DNA of 64,000 nt, taken from Anolis carolinensis. Lineage: Eukaryota. Shown here in pieces: positions 23,453 to 35,486 of this stretch. The stretch spans positions 60,341,923 to 60,405,922 of the forward strand of contig NC_085844.1 of the NCBI RefSeq assembly GCF_035594765.1, read 5' to 3'. The notes beneath the pieces were generated by a model, which did not search any database, was not told the DNA's origin, and was given only the letters and a program-made list of their open reading frames with translations. A program made the position numbers and the translations under genes. Position 1 is the stretch's first letter. Each line of letters starts with the position of its first letter.

Positions 23453-24334
23453 TATGTCATGCAAGGATGAAGGAAAACTTTAGGATCCAAGGCCTTCTTG
23501 TGTCCCAATAGAATCCTGAAATGGTGGGGAGACGGATGACTCCTTCAGCTTCTGAACTAGTAGTTTATTTCTCTCCCAGTGAGAATATTAAAAGTTTCAA
23601 AAGGAGAGACAAAGTCCCCCTTTCCCCCTTTCCAAAGAAATTTTCAATCACCACGTATATATTGTCTGTCCTCCAGACACAAATCTACCAGATCCTATGA
23701 ACTGGAAATACTATTACTTCTCTCTTCTCTGCTGCATTGCTTAGTTGAGTCCCTTTTGGGAGATAGGGTGGGACAGAAATAAAGATTATTATTTTTATTA
23801 TCATTTAGATGGTCTTATTTGTTCTTTCATGGACTAAAACCCATGAAGCTTAATCCATTTGGCATATCCATATTTCTTCGTATCAGTAGCAAGCAACTGT
23901 GGTAGCTCGGGGCCAATTTTCCATTCCAGAACCTTCTGAGGCTCCAGGGATTGTAAAAATGCCAAAGCAAAACAAAAGCCCCAGGACTGGCTGTGAGACC
24001 ACCTCTGGTTTTGGAATGTGGGGATTTCAAAACACCAGTCATGGTTATCATACTAGCGTTTTTCTTAGGATGTGCTTTTTTAAAAGTAGTGGGAAGCACA
24101 GGATCAGGTGAAGTTGCATAAAGTATTTACAACAGACAACTATAGCAAATTCTTTCTAAAATGCTCTTTCTGCCTCTAATCTTCCACCAATTAAATCTTC
24201 CACTTCCAACTCCTTAGCAGTTTGGACTAAAGTTCCAGGAAGAATACCTCAAGAAACAGGTATCTAAAAACTAGTCATGGGAATAATTGGGGGAAGGGGA
24301 GGGGATGAAAATTAAGCAGTAAAGAATTAACATT

Positions 24335-24476
24335 GGATTCCCAGTGGCGAAGTGTGTTAAAGCACTGAGCTGCTGAACTTGCAGACTGAAAGGTCCTAGG
24401 TTCAAATCCTGGGAGTGGAGTGAGCGCCCGCTGTTAGCTCCAGCTTCTGCCAACCTAGTAGTTCGAAAGCATGCCA
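24335..24476 (+). mobile_element. Sauria SINE 5' half
   Basis: Head and body up to gttcgaaagcatgcc. Confidence 0.85.
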
Positions 24477-24559
24477 ATTTGACTATTTCTTATGAAGCTT
24501 TGTTGGATAGCTAAAAGACCAACAAGATGCAGTAATGTAATGATATATTTTTGGTATTA

Positions 24560-24745
24560 TCATAGAATCATAGAGTTGGAAGAGACCTCACAGGCCATGC
24601 AGTCCAACCCCCTGCCAAGAAGCAGGGAAATCACATTCAAAGCACCCCCGACAGATGGCTTAAAAGCCTCCAAAGAAGGAGCCTCCACCACAGTCCGGGG
24701 GAGAGAGTTCCACTGCTAAACAGCTCACGCAGTGAGGAAGTTCTT
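24560..24745 (-). mobile_element. CR1 3' fragment
   Basis: catagaatcatagagttggaagagacc...gagttccactg. Confidence 0.85.
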
Positions 24746-25200
24746 ATAGGAATCTTTTGAAACAATATTAAAAATGTGTTCCAGTCCAATTGGGATATTA
24801 CTTTATAATGCACGGATACATTATGTGCCAGTAAATTACCAATTCAGCATACTGCCATAGCTCACACTGAAAGTGGATTGTGTGACTGGGGAAACAAGGA
24901 CCTGATGCTGATAGTTTGGCAGCAGAGCTGGTTTGACTGCAGATTTATATACAAATGATGTCAAAACCCTTCTGTCAAGGTACAGTATAAACAATCTTAA
25001 CTATTTTTATATGTTTATCACATTGTACCATCAACTTCCTTGGAGGAGGAGAATACAATAAAACAAAATGCTTCTTCCAAATACTTTAAAATTGTCCCAA
25101 TGTTTTGGAAGGAAGAACAATTTTCTCAAAAGTACTGTCCTCCAGAGCTTGAGGGGGAGAACTCTTTTATCATTCCCAATGGGCACTGCTACGTCCAGTA

Positions 25201-25944
25201 CAGGCAGTCCCTAAATTATGAACAAGATAGGTTCTGTAGGTTTGTTCTTAACTTGAATTTATATGTAAGTTGGAACAGGTACATTTTAAGTGTAACATAC
25301 ATATATGCATACATAGGTAAAGGATTGACATTGAGTCTAGTTGTGTCCAACTCTGGGGGTTGGTGCTCATCTCCATTTCCAAGCTGAAGAGCTGGAGTTG
25401 TCCGTAGACACCTCCAAGGTCATGTGGCCAGCATGACTGCATGGAGCGCCGTTACCTTCCCGCTGGATATCTATTGATCTACTCACATTTGCATGTTTTT
25501 GATTTGCTTGGTTGGCAGAAGCTGGGGCTAACAATGGGAACTCACCCCGCTCCCCAGATTTGAACTGCTGGCCTTTTGGTCAGCAAGTTCATCAGCTCAA
25601 CAGTAACCCGCTACACCTCCGGGGCTCCATGTACATACATGCAAAAATATAAAAGGTTTGGAAAAGTTAACCTAGAGAAAAGTTAACACCCCTGTGGGGT
25701 TTGTTTTGCTGTCTGTGCCCCTGTTCAGAAGATTTCACCTCATTTTCGGTCCCCGTGATAATTAGATTTTAAAATTTTTTGCTTGTTGTAGAAGCAGGGA
25801 TTGGTGATAAAGCATCAGTGGGGGTACCTTTTCTCCATGATAACCCTTCCAAGTGGTAGATTTTTCCTACTTCCTCTTGTCTCACCCCCATTCTTAACTA
25901 TGGGTCATTTGTAAGTCTGATGTTTGTAACTTGGGAAATGCCTG
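25201..25944. mobile_element. Tc1/mariner-superfamily non-autonomous element with nested Sauria SINE
   Basis: TA|caggcagtccc ... gggaaatgcctg|TA. Confidence 0.75.
25317..25628 (-). mobile_element. Sauria SINE
   Basis: Reverse-complement Sauria body, inserted in a (TACA)-rich tract. Confidence 0.9.
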
Positions 25945-27469
25945 TACCATCCCTAGGATGCTCTCTTGGGGAATTTTTTGTAGTTAATCATTCTCTAATA
26001 GAGTTGGGTAGATTTAGTTGGTAGGTAAAAGATCACATCTTATGGTGGTGGGGACACAACATCTTTCACAGGGTGTAAATTAAGAGCCAATTTCAAACAA
26101 GTATTTTTCAACCTATTTAAATTTATTGCTTCAAACTATTATTAAACCATACAGGAGGTAATGCATATAAATAAAGCAGACAATAGCAAACTTTTTCCCT
26201 GTATGCTCAAGAAAGATCTACAACATGTCCTTTGAGACTCTCACTAAGGAATGCAGTATTTATAGTCTTTATAGAATTTCATGTTGTGGTTGAAACTGGA
26301 GTTGGCTTCTCTGGTTACCTCAGCATGGTGCCCCTGCTGATTTCCCTGGTGCCTTTGTATGCAGAACTTATGGGAAACATCTGGCACTGTCTTTTTGATC
26401 CGCTTGTTTGGTTGAACATTTGGCCAGCTGCCCTCCATTCATTTTAATAATGTCACTTACTGCAGTCATTAAATGATGCTTGAAGTTGCCTGCAAAAAAT
26501 AAGAAAATCTTGGCTCTTCAGATGAGTAGGTTATCCATCATGTTCCCCCATGAATATATATGTCATTCATTTCCACAAAAACAAGGCGAATCCTGTGGCT
26601 TCTGTCATCACATATAGTAAGGAATTTATAGCACATAGTAAAGTGGTGGAAGGATTTCTTTTGTGAGCTTAATGCAGAGGGAGAGAACCCTTCACAGATT
26701 TTATGACTACCACTCCAAAAAAGGTTAACATAGAACTCAGGAATGATGGGAGTTGGGGGCATCTGGGTGGAAAGAAACTGGCCCCAATCCTTGGATTGAT
26801 ACTACATGAACAATATATAGGATTTTAGAGGCTGCCGGGACCTAGGAAACAGAACAAAGATAAGCACTCCAACTGTATATCAGAAAGAGTGAAATCTGAG
26901 TCTAAGCCACTGCTCCCAATTGCTAGAAAAATGAAAAATGCATGTGCTATAGTATTTATGTTTCTTTTTGTCCCAGTACAATTACATCTGTCTAATATTC
27001 TGTAAAAGGTTCTTTGCACTAAAAGCATGCAGCAGATTTGGACTTCAGAAATGATCATAGTTGTAAGAACCACCCTAATGTACCTTGCTTAACTGGTCTA
27101 ATGCACCAGGAATGGAATTACAGAATATAGATGACATAGACTGAAAAAGGGAAATCATCATCATCTAAGGGTTTACAGTGAAATTGTTCATATGAGCAAA
27201 ACAAAACAGGGATTCAGCCTGCGTTAGTTGGAGTTACACTTTCCCTGAAGACACAGGTTCATAGTTGGGGTGTACTTTTGGACTACATCTAGACTGTAGA
27301 ATTAGTGCATTGATGCCATCATTGTCATAGCTCAGTGCTATAGAATCTCGGGAGTTGTAGTTTATTGAGGCAGCAGCACTCTGCCAGAGAAAACTAGATC
27401 TTGAAAAACTACAACTTCCATGATTCTATAGCTTTAACCCAAGGCAGTTAAAGTGAAGCTAAACTGCAT

Positions 27470-27648
27470 AGTGTCCCAAAAGTCTCCGTACATAGAGAAA
27501 AGGGGAAATTGTAGATAAATGTACCTTTATTTACAAAATATTAATTACAAAACCTTTCCAGTATAAAATATATATAATATGTATAAATATAGTATAATAT
27601 GTGAGTTACTTAATGTTTCCTATGTATTGAGATTTTTGGGACACTCTT
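27470..27648. mobile_element. Tc1/mariner-like MITE nested in a Harbinger-like MITE
   Basis: TIR gtgtcccaaaagtctccgtacatag / ctatgtattgagatttttgggacac. Confidence 0.7.
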
Positions 27649-27786
27649 TACATTAATTATAAAGTGTAGATGCACCCCTGGACTCAGCTTTGAACTTGGA
27701 GGCCCAGGTTTTTGTGATGGCCAGGAGTTTTAACATTTAACATTTGTGTAGCAACTGTGCCCATTCCTTGAAACACTAGTGATACA

Positions 27787-27890
27787 GGGTTGCTGTGTTT
27801 TCCAGGCTGTATGGCCATGTTCCAGAAGCATTCTCTCTTGACGTTTCGCCCACATCTGTGGCAGGCATCCTCAGAGGTTGTGAGGTATAG
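27787..27890 (-). mobile_element. Penelope terminal mini-unit carrying a minimal hammerhead
   Basis: Same sequence family as 8802-8910; TSD gtgatacagg at 27779-88 and 27891-900 (overlaps the element start by 2 nt). Confidence 0.8.
27837..27877 (-). ncRNA. Minimal type I hammerhead ribozyme motif
   Basis: Minus strand cct-CUGAGGA-ugccugccacagaugugggc-GAAAC-GUC-aag: core intact, stem II, palindromic ACGU stem III; stem I weakened. Confidence 0.7.
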
Positions 27891-28159
27891 GTGATACAGG
27901 TCTTAGTTACAATTCAGGTTACTGTGACATGCTCTACTTAGGACTGCCTTTCAAGAATGTTCAGAAATTTCTTTGGAGACTTACTTTATCAGTAATGCTG
28001 GTGCTCTCGATACCAGTAAAGGTGCTAGTTAAATTTGGTGCAGAAGAGTGGTTGGTGGATATTGCACACATTTAGCTATGAGGGAATGGGATTTGTTTTG
28101 TTTTGTTGTCTTATACACAAGTAAAAGAACTCAAGCTCTGAACTATGTAGCATGTGTAA

Positions 28160-28310
28160 TACCCCTTGTACACTGCCATATAATCCAGAATACCAAGGCA
28201 GAATCCACATTATCAGCTTTCAACTGGGTTATTTGAGTCTACACTGCCATATAATATAAAAAGCAAATACTGTAATATTGATTTTATACAGCTGTGTAGA
28301 AGGAGCCTAA
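28160..28310. mobile_element. Harbinger-like MITE (ccccttccacac.../...gtgtggaaggggcc family)
   Basis: Shared internal gaactgggttatctgagtccacactgccata; copies at 37896-38045, 42288-42660 (tandem), 54459-54602. Confidence 0.7.
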
Positions 28311-31060
28311 ATCTCTCATAAATCAAGATGCTGGGTTTTTTTTTATTTCTGATATATTTGTTTTTTTTTTGGAGGGAAACATTTGAGGAAAATACATCTC
28401 AAAGTGAAATGATAAAAACTAAGAAATTTTAAGGCACCCCATATGAAAGCAAGAGAGGAAATTAGCTCTCAAAGGGAACTTGGAAATGTAATATACTTTA
28501 CAGAGAAAGTTCCTGTAAGTGGTTTTAGTTGCTTGCTCTTTCAGGAAAAACAGTTGTGGTATTTAAGTGGAAATTAATAATTGATTCCATTTTCAGCTCA
28601 ATACACTGAATTCAGTTGTGAAGAAAACATGATGAACATGTGCTTCCAAAGTCATTCTTTTATTGTTTAATTACCTTATCAGAACATTTTATGAAGAAAC
28701 CAGATATATTTGTCTTTTTCTTCTTTTTCCCATTGATGTTTTGTTTTCTTGAATGAGAGATGAAATAGTACACAATGTATTTTGACTGGTAATTCTAGGA
28801 ACCATCTATCTAGAAACACTTTTAATTACCTAAAATTCAGAATGTTGACCTTGGAATATACTTTTCTTCACATTGTTCATTAGTAAGACCTTTTATTTCA
28901 TGGACAAATGTTCCTATTAACAGTTATTAGCCATATTGTTTTATCTATGTGTATCTTTGCAGTGAAATTATACTTGCTAACAAAGTTCATTGTATCAGAT
29001 TTTATTATATCAGTTTTTATGCTATCAATGTGTACTTTTTTTTTTAACAGTTGTTAGACGACATGTGGATAACAGTGAGTCTGGGGCCATGGGTCCAAAT
29101 GGCCTATCCCATCTTGTTATTGGCCTCTCCCTTTGCCTTTGTGTTACCACTGCTACCCCTTAGCTCTGGGGGACCCTGGGCATCACCTGTTGCATCTGCT
29201 GGGGTTATAACTTTGGTGTCTGTATCATTGAGGAAGGGTCAGAGTGACCACATGGCCAGGTGCTTGAGTAATGGCTGCAACAATGTGACAGGAGATGACC
29301 AGGCTCTCGCAGAGCTTCTGTCTAGTGAGGACAACCTAGTCAACATAGAAAAATTATTATAATGGCAGTGTATGCAAGTGGATAATGGATTGGGCCAACA
29401 GTGATTCTATTGAGCTGTCCACATAGCTGAAATCCCAAGTCATGAACCCTGAATATCACCTGATTTTGCATAATGGGCCCTCCCTGGCACTCCGAACAGT
29501 ATTCAATGGGTGGGTTTCCATCAAAATGTCTTGCAATATCCAGAGAAGCCCATCTGGACAATGGTCAAGGGGATCCCCTTGATGATTGTGCAGTATCTTC
29601 TTCTTAAACTGTAGATCCCAACCCAAATGGGTTCCATGTTGGAGTCCCAAAAATTGATAAGAGTAACCGCTTTCTGAACATTATTTAGTGGCTGTTTTAG
29701 ATCTTTACACAAATCTTTGGTGCAAAGTTCACAATGGACTCTGCAGAAGATGCTTTGGCTATATGAGGTCAGCTGAAAGGGGTCATGAGTGGAAAAGTTT
29801 AAAAGACCCTGCTCTAAGATATGGTGATATCTCTGCATCGTTCCTTGCTATATATTTTGATACAATACTTCTTTTTGTATCAAAATTTGATTTTTCACAT
29901 ATTATTTATCCCATTCAGGCAACATGTTTATACACACACAAACACATGCAAACATACACAAATAAACACATGCTTATCAAATTCTAAACCAAGTAGTGTA
30001 CATCTGTCTTCTTGTTGATTCACAGATTGTGTGCCAAATAGTATATCTATCAAGTCTGAAGCTATGATCTCTAACCCCACAAAATGCAGTACATTTGAAA
30101 CACTCTTATCTGCTGAAATCTGTCAAGCCAATGCAACTAATGCAAAATGGAATCATACATATGTTCTTCTTAGCTGTCAAATGTTGTTGAATCTTCCTTG
30201 CTTTGAATGTGACACAATAAGATTCATTTTTACTCTCGTAAAGCAAAAAAGATTGCCAGATTTGTTTTGCAGCTTAGTATTATTTTACTATAATCTGTAT
30301 TTCATCAAAGACAGCTTTATCCTCCTAATGCAGTTTTGGCATTAATGGTTACTCTACATATATGTGTGTGTGTATTTGAAAGGACTTTATGAAGAAAGCC
30401 AAATTTAAATCCATTGCAGTGGTGAAACAGGAACTATAAATCATCCCAACACAAAATATGATATGGGTGCAATTACAAGCAGATTTGAAGTTAATTATCT
30501 GTTGTCCCATTTTATGAATCAATACAATTCTGACTAATCATTGTTTATCTGCATGGTTGAAAAGGAGACTGCAGTGTAAAGCTGTTAGAACAGAGTTTTG
30601 TAAAAGTTGCTGAAAGGCTGCGTCCTTGCCTGTTAAAACATTAATTTCTCTTCTCTGTTTATACTGAGATTGTCCTTAGGGAGGGATCTGTAACACTACC
30701 TCTTTTCCTTTTCCATTGATCCCATCCCTCTCATCACCAAAAGGAAGAGAGAAAGCTCAAATTTAGAGTTTCAATGGTTATTGAAAATTGGCTATCTTAA
30801 GGTCTGTACCTAAGCTATAGGATTTATCAAGGATGAAGTGGAAGTAGGTAGCTGACAGATGGTAGAAAAGTAAGGGAGATTGAGCTTCTCCCTTAATCTC
30901 AGCAAATGAAAAAATGTAAAAGCTCCGTCTCCCTTACTCTTCTATCTTCTGTCAGTGACCTACCTTCACTTCGTCCTTGGTACACATGTACCCTACCTTA
31001 ACGGATTTGTTGGTTCCTTTCATATCTCCTTCCCCTTCTGATATCATCAATATTTTGTAT

Positions 31061-31163
31061 GGGTTGCTGTGAGTTTTCCAAGCTGTATGGCCATGTTCCA
31101 GAAGCATTCTCTCCTGACATTTCACTCACATCTATGGCAGGCACCCTTCAGAGGTTGTGAGGT
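31061..31163 (-). mobile_element. Penelope terminal mini-unit (hammerhead degenerate)
   Basis: gggttgctgtgagttttcc...cagaggttgtgagg. Confidence 0.8.
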
Positions 31164-32811
31164 ATAAGTATGAGAAATAAATAAAAATAAATAATGAAAA
31201 CCTTTGACAACACAATATTTTGTATGATGCTTGAGTAACAGACTAAGAACTGCAGGCGATCAAGCTCATTGCAGACTTCACATAGAAAGTAGGCATTCAA
31301 CACACGAAGTTCTGGTGGAGCTCTTTATGATTCCTTATACTGTATTTTTTTGATTCTATGGATTTCATCCCATGAGGGGGTGAAAGTGGGAGAAATCATA
31401 TTTTTGAGTGACATTTCATGTAGCTCTGTCTCAAAACGATCCCAAGAAATTACCCACTTACTGATCCAGATCAGTACACTTTTGAAGATCAATATCCCAT
31501 TCTAACGTGATCAAAGATAAGTTTTTCAGGATGGTAAGAATTCGTCTAAGATCATCACAAAGACTGTAATGTAATCTAGCTCTCCATCTATTGAAACAGC
31601 CAAGAATGTACTTTGTCAGCCTACACAGGCTTAACTGCAGTTGGCAGGGTTGGCCTAAATTTCAAGCTGTTATTAGCAACACAAAATTCTTGAAATTATT
31701 TCAGTGGGCATTGCCCATGCCAGTCAACTCCTAAGTAATGACTTTTCATTTCAGTACATAGTATATTCATTTTTCCACTAATGGGTTCCTCAGTGCATAT
31801 GTGGAAAACCAAGAGTAAAAATAATCTCATGCCATTTGAATGTACACAAGCTATTGAAATCCTGAGTCAGTGTAGTGTAGTGTTTTGAGTGTTGCACTAG
31901 GACACTGAAAGGCCGGAGTTTGAATCCCAATTAAGACATGGAAACCTGGGCAAGTTGCCCTTTCTCAGACTCAGAGAAAGCCAAGGGTAAATCTCTCTAA
32001 ACAAATTCTTGCTAAGAAAAACACAATAATAAGTTCACATTAGGGTTACCATAGGTCACAGCAACAATTGAAATCATAAAAAAATATTTTAGTTGATTCA
32101 TAAAACATAGTAGGATGAGGAAGACTAAGTACATGGATTGCACTGAATCTATATTAAAACAGTTGTCTAGTTGTATCACTATGAATTCATAGTAGTGGGC
32201 AATCCATTCTGGTTTATCTTAACCTGCTGAATGTGTTGTGTTAATCAGTTGTTACAACTTGAACTGCTTCTCCTGTACTTCTGACCACCACATACAAAAA
32301 TGACAATGGGCTGTTTTCTTATTCTAAAGAGGACTATGAAGGACCTATATATCTGGCATAATTTCTCTTATGTACTGACTATTTTGAAAAACAATTTAGT
32401 AGACAGCATGGGCAGCATAGTTGTACTATGTCTTTCTGGAACATAGAAGTAGCTTCCTTTGGGGAAAGAACAATATAATCATTTAATGATGGGCTCAGAG
32501 ATTATATAACAGAATGCATTAGGCAAAAATAAAAATCTACTAACACTCAACAAAAGAACAATGAATTATATAAAAAATTATATAAAACCCCTATAAATAC
32601 CTATTGTTTGTTATATTTTACTATATAGTTTAATATACAGAAAAATATGCAATGGATTTTTTTGAGACTTATTACCTACAATAAACAAGTTAAACCGCTT
32701 TATCAATAGTGACCCAATCTGCACTGCCATACAGTGCAGTTTAAAAATATATTATAAGGTCAGTGTAGACCCAGACCCCATCTACACTGGCATTGAATTA
32801 ACTGCATTGAA

Positions 32812-33302
32812 TCTATATATATAACAGGGTAATGAAATTTCGGCCTAGGACAAAACAACAAAACTACACATCCCAGAAACACTAAACTTGGCAGCACAAC
32901 CCCTCATCCATGCCTCTACGTTCATACAACAAAAAGAAAAGAAAAATAAAGTCCTAATTAGAGGGAGAGGAATAATTGTTTTTATCCAATTGCTGCCAGT
33001 TAGAAGGTTAAGCTCCGCCCACTTGGTCTCCTAGCAACCCACTCAGCCCAGGGGACAGGCAGAGCTAGGCCTCACTTAGGCCTCTTCCACACTGACGATA
33101 AAATACAGATTATCTGATTTGAACTGGATTATATGGCAGTGCAGACTCAAGGCCCTTCCACACAGCTATATAACCCATTTATAATGAACTTAATGTCAGG
33201 GGAAAACCTTTACCCTTTACCTTAACTACTACCAATTCCTCAATATTTTATTTCCCATACCACCATACTTCGCCACAGCAACGCGTGGCCGGGCACAGCT
33301 AG
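32812..33302 (+). mobile_element. Complete non-autonomous Helitron (491 bp) inserted in a MITE (~32711-33375)
   Basis: A|TC start, CTAG|T end, no TSD; subterminal hairpin gccac..gtggc (33272-33289). Confidence 0.85.
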
Positions 33303-35486
33303 TTGCATTATATAAGTCTACTCTGACCATATAATGAAGTTCCAAATTGCATTATATGCCATTGTAGATGGGGCCAGTGTTTATATTGCCCTACATTTGC
33401 ACACTCTAACAGGATGACAGATATGTGATGATATTTTGCAAATGCATTCATGACACAGTTGTCAATGGCATAGGCATCCATGTAACATCTAGTAGCACTT
33501 CTGTGGTCATTACTTCAATTCATTGACCCAATGCAGACAACTAAAATTCTGTTAAAATCAATGCATGGTGGTGAAACTGAAATCGCTGTGACAGATTCTG
33601 CTTCATCCTTTATAAAGTGATCCAACTGGCCTACTTGGTACAAAAGTCAGTAGTAGTATGTGCATGACCTATATTTACATATCACCCATATTTGCAAAAT
33701 TTGATGTGTGCCTTCAAGTTGTTGCAATCTCTGGTAACCCTAAGGTGTCTTATCACAGGATTTTCTTGGAGAGATTTGTTCATTAGCAGTTTGCCATTTC
33801 CCTCTGAAAAGAGATAGAGTGAATTGCCCAAAGGCATTTGGAAGATTTTATGGCCAAATTGGGATTTGGACCGACTCCTGAGTGGTTCAAAACTCCAACC
33901 ATCACACCATACTTCCTCCCACTGGGAAAACTACAGAGCACATATCAGAAGGTTACTCCAGGCATGATTTTTTTGAAGCTCAGTGCAGAATGAAAGATCT
34001 AATCCCACTTTCCCTATTCCACCTGTTGATTATTTTCATACTTCAGGACTGTTGTTTTTTGCATTTATTTATAACGCCCCCAAATATTTGCTGGAACCAA
34101 AGACCAAGATATTGTGTGTGATAACCCACAGACATCATCTATGTTCACAAGACTTTTCCTCATTGGCCATTATTTGTTTTGGATCTAGCTCAAAAACCGT
34201 TTCTATACAAATGGAAATGTTATCACATGTTAACTTTGGACACAAAACTCCAAATAAAACAATGAAACAACACAGATTTTCCTTCCTTTTCTGACTGCAT
34301 CACTGGAATCACTGGCTAATAGAGGAATTGGAAGGGAGGATCTTTCTTGTGAATTTCTCACTGTACTTTGCATTTGGATTTCTCTGAACATATATGCTTG
34401 ATTAGAAAATGAAATCAAATGTGACGAAGTGAAGCTTAAGGATTCATGACATAAATGTCTTCAGCTGTTTCCATGAGAATATGGCAAAGAAAGATGCAAA
34501 ATCTCTTAATTATTAAATGTATTGTTATGTAAACAGTCATGTTTGGAGTACTGTGATAGAATTGCTGAATCAGACAAGTAACAGAAGACCCAAGAGAAGA
34601 ACTTAGTAATGTTTTTGCTTTAAATTCATCCCCGGATGATCACTTGTGAGTACAGTACTTTATTAATGTTTTTATTTTACATATACAGAATGATTTCTTC
34701 AGTTCCCCATTACATTTTTTGAGAGTACTGTATATGCTTTCCATATCTCCTGATTTAAGCCATTAGAGGTAATGGTTTTTCAAAAAGAACTTTTAAAAAC
34801 AAAACTATTTGCTACCATGTCTCTGTATGGGTCTTGCTTGGATGATAGTGGTGGGAATAAACAATAATTTAGATTGTATAGCTTTAGGGGTAGTTAGCAG
34901 GAAAAGAATGGATTTGTGTACTGTATTAGTTCTAGGGGAAATTATTACTTTAATAATGCCCTTTTAAGCAAAAATATGGAGCTAATAAAAATGGAAACTA
35001 AGGAAACTAAAAACAGAGCTGTTTCACTCATCTTTTTTAAGAGCACCAATCCTGTTTTTCTTTTAAAAAATAACACTACAAATAATAAACATGGCACTTT
35101 TTCAAAGAAAGAATAATGTAAATCAAGTAGTACTAATTAGTAACTAAAATAAATTACAGCCATGTAGGATTATTGTTGAACATTCATATGCAGTACAACA
35201 TTCAGCATGTTTTGCAGCTCTGTCATCAACCCCTTTGGATTTGTAAGACACAATTAAACCAAGACCAATGAGATGTAGTTTTGAGTTTGTTTATTACAGC
35301 CATGTATTTTTATTGGATTTTAAAACACTGAATATCCCATTAATACAAATATAAAGTACAATAAACTAATGACAATAAAATATACCAGATACAAAAGACT
35401 AAAACTAAATAATGGTATACATCTGCTCACTTCCAACCTATGTAGATTTAAGTAAGTATTTTGTTATTGTTACTGCTGTTGTCTAA

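Larger units (their letters stand above)
27205..27972 (+). mobile_element. Old L2 ORF2 fragment with nested MITEs and a Penelope mini-unit
   Basis: GIQP..GVTL.LKTQVHS.GVLLD|SALNLEAQV...LCPFL...YLGLPFKNVQK once the inserts at 27284-27677 and 27787-27890 are removed. Confidence 0.7.

Noticed and set aside
30936-30956. Minus-strand tgacagaagatagaagag resembling plant miR156/157
   Set aside because: Short partial match in a reptile genome; treated as coincidence
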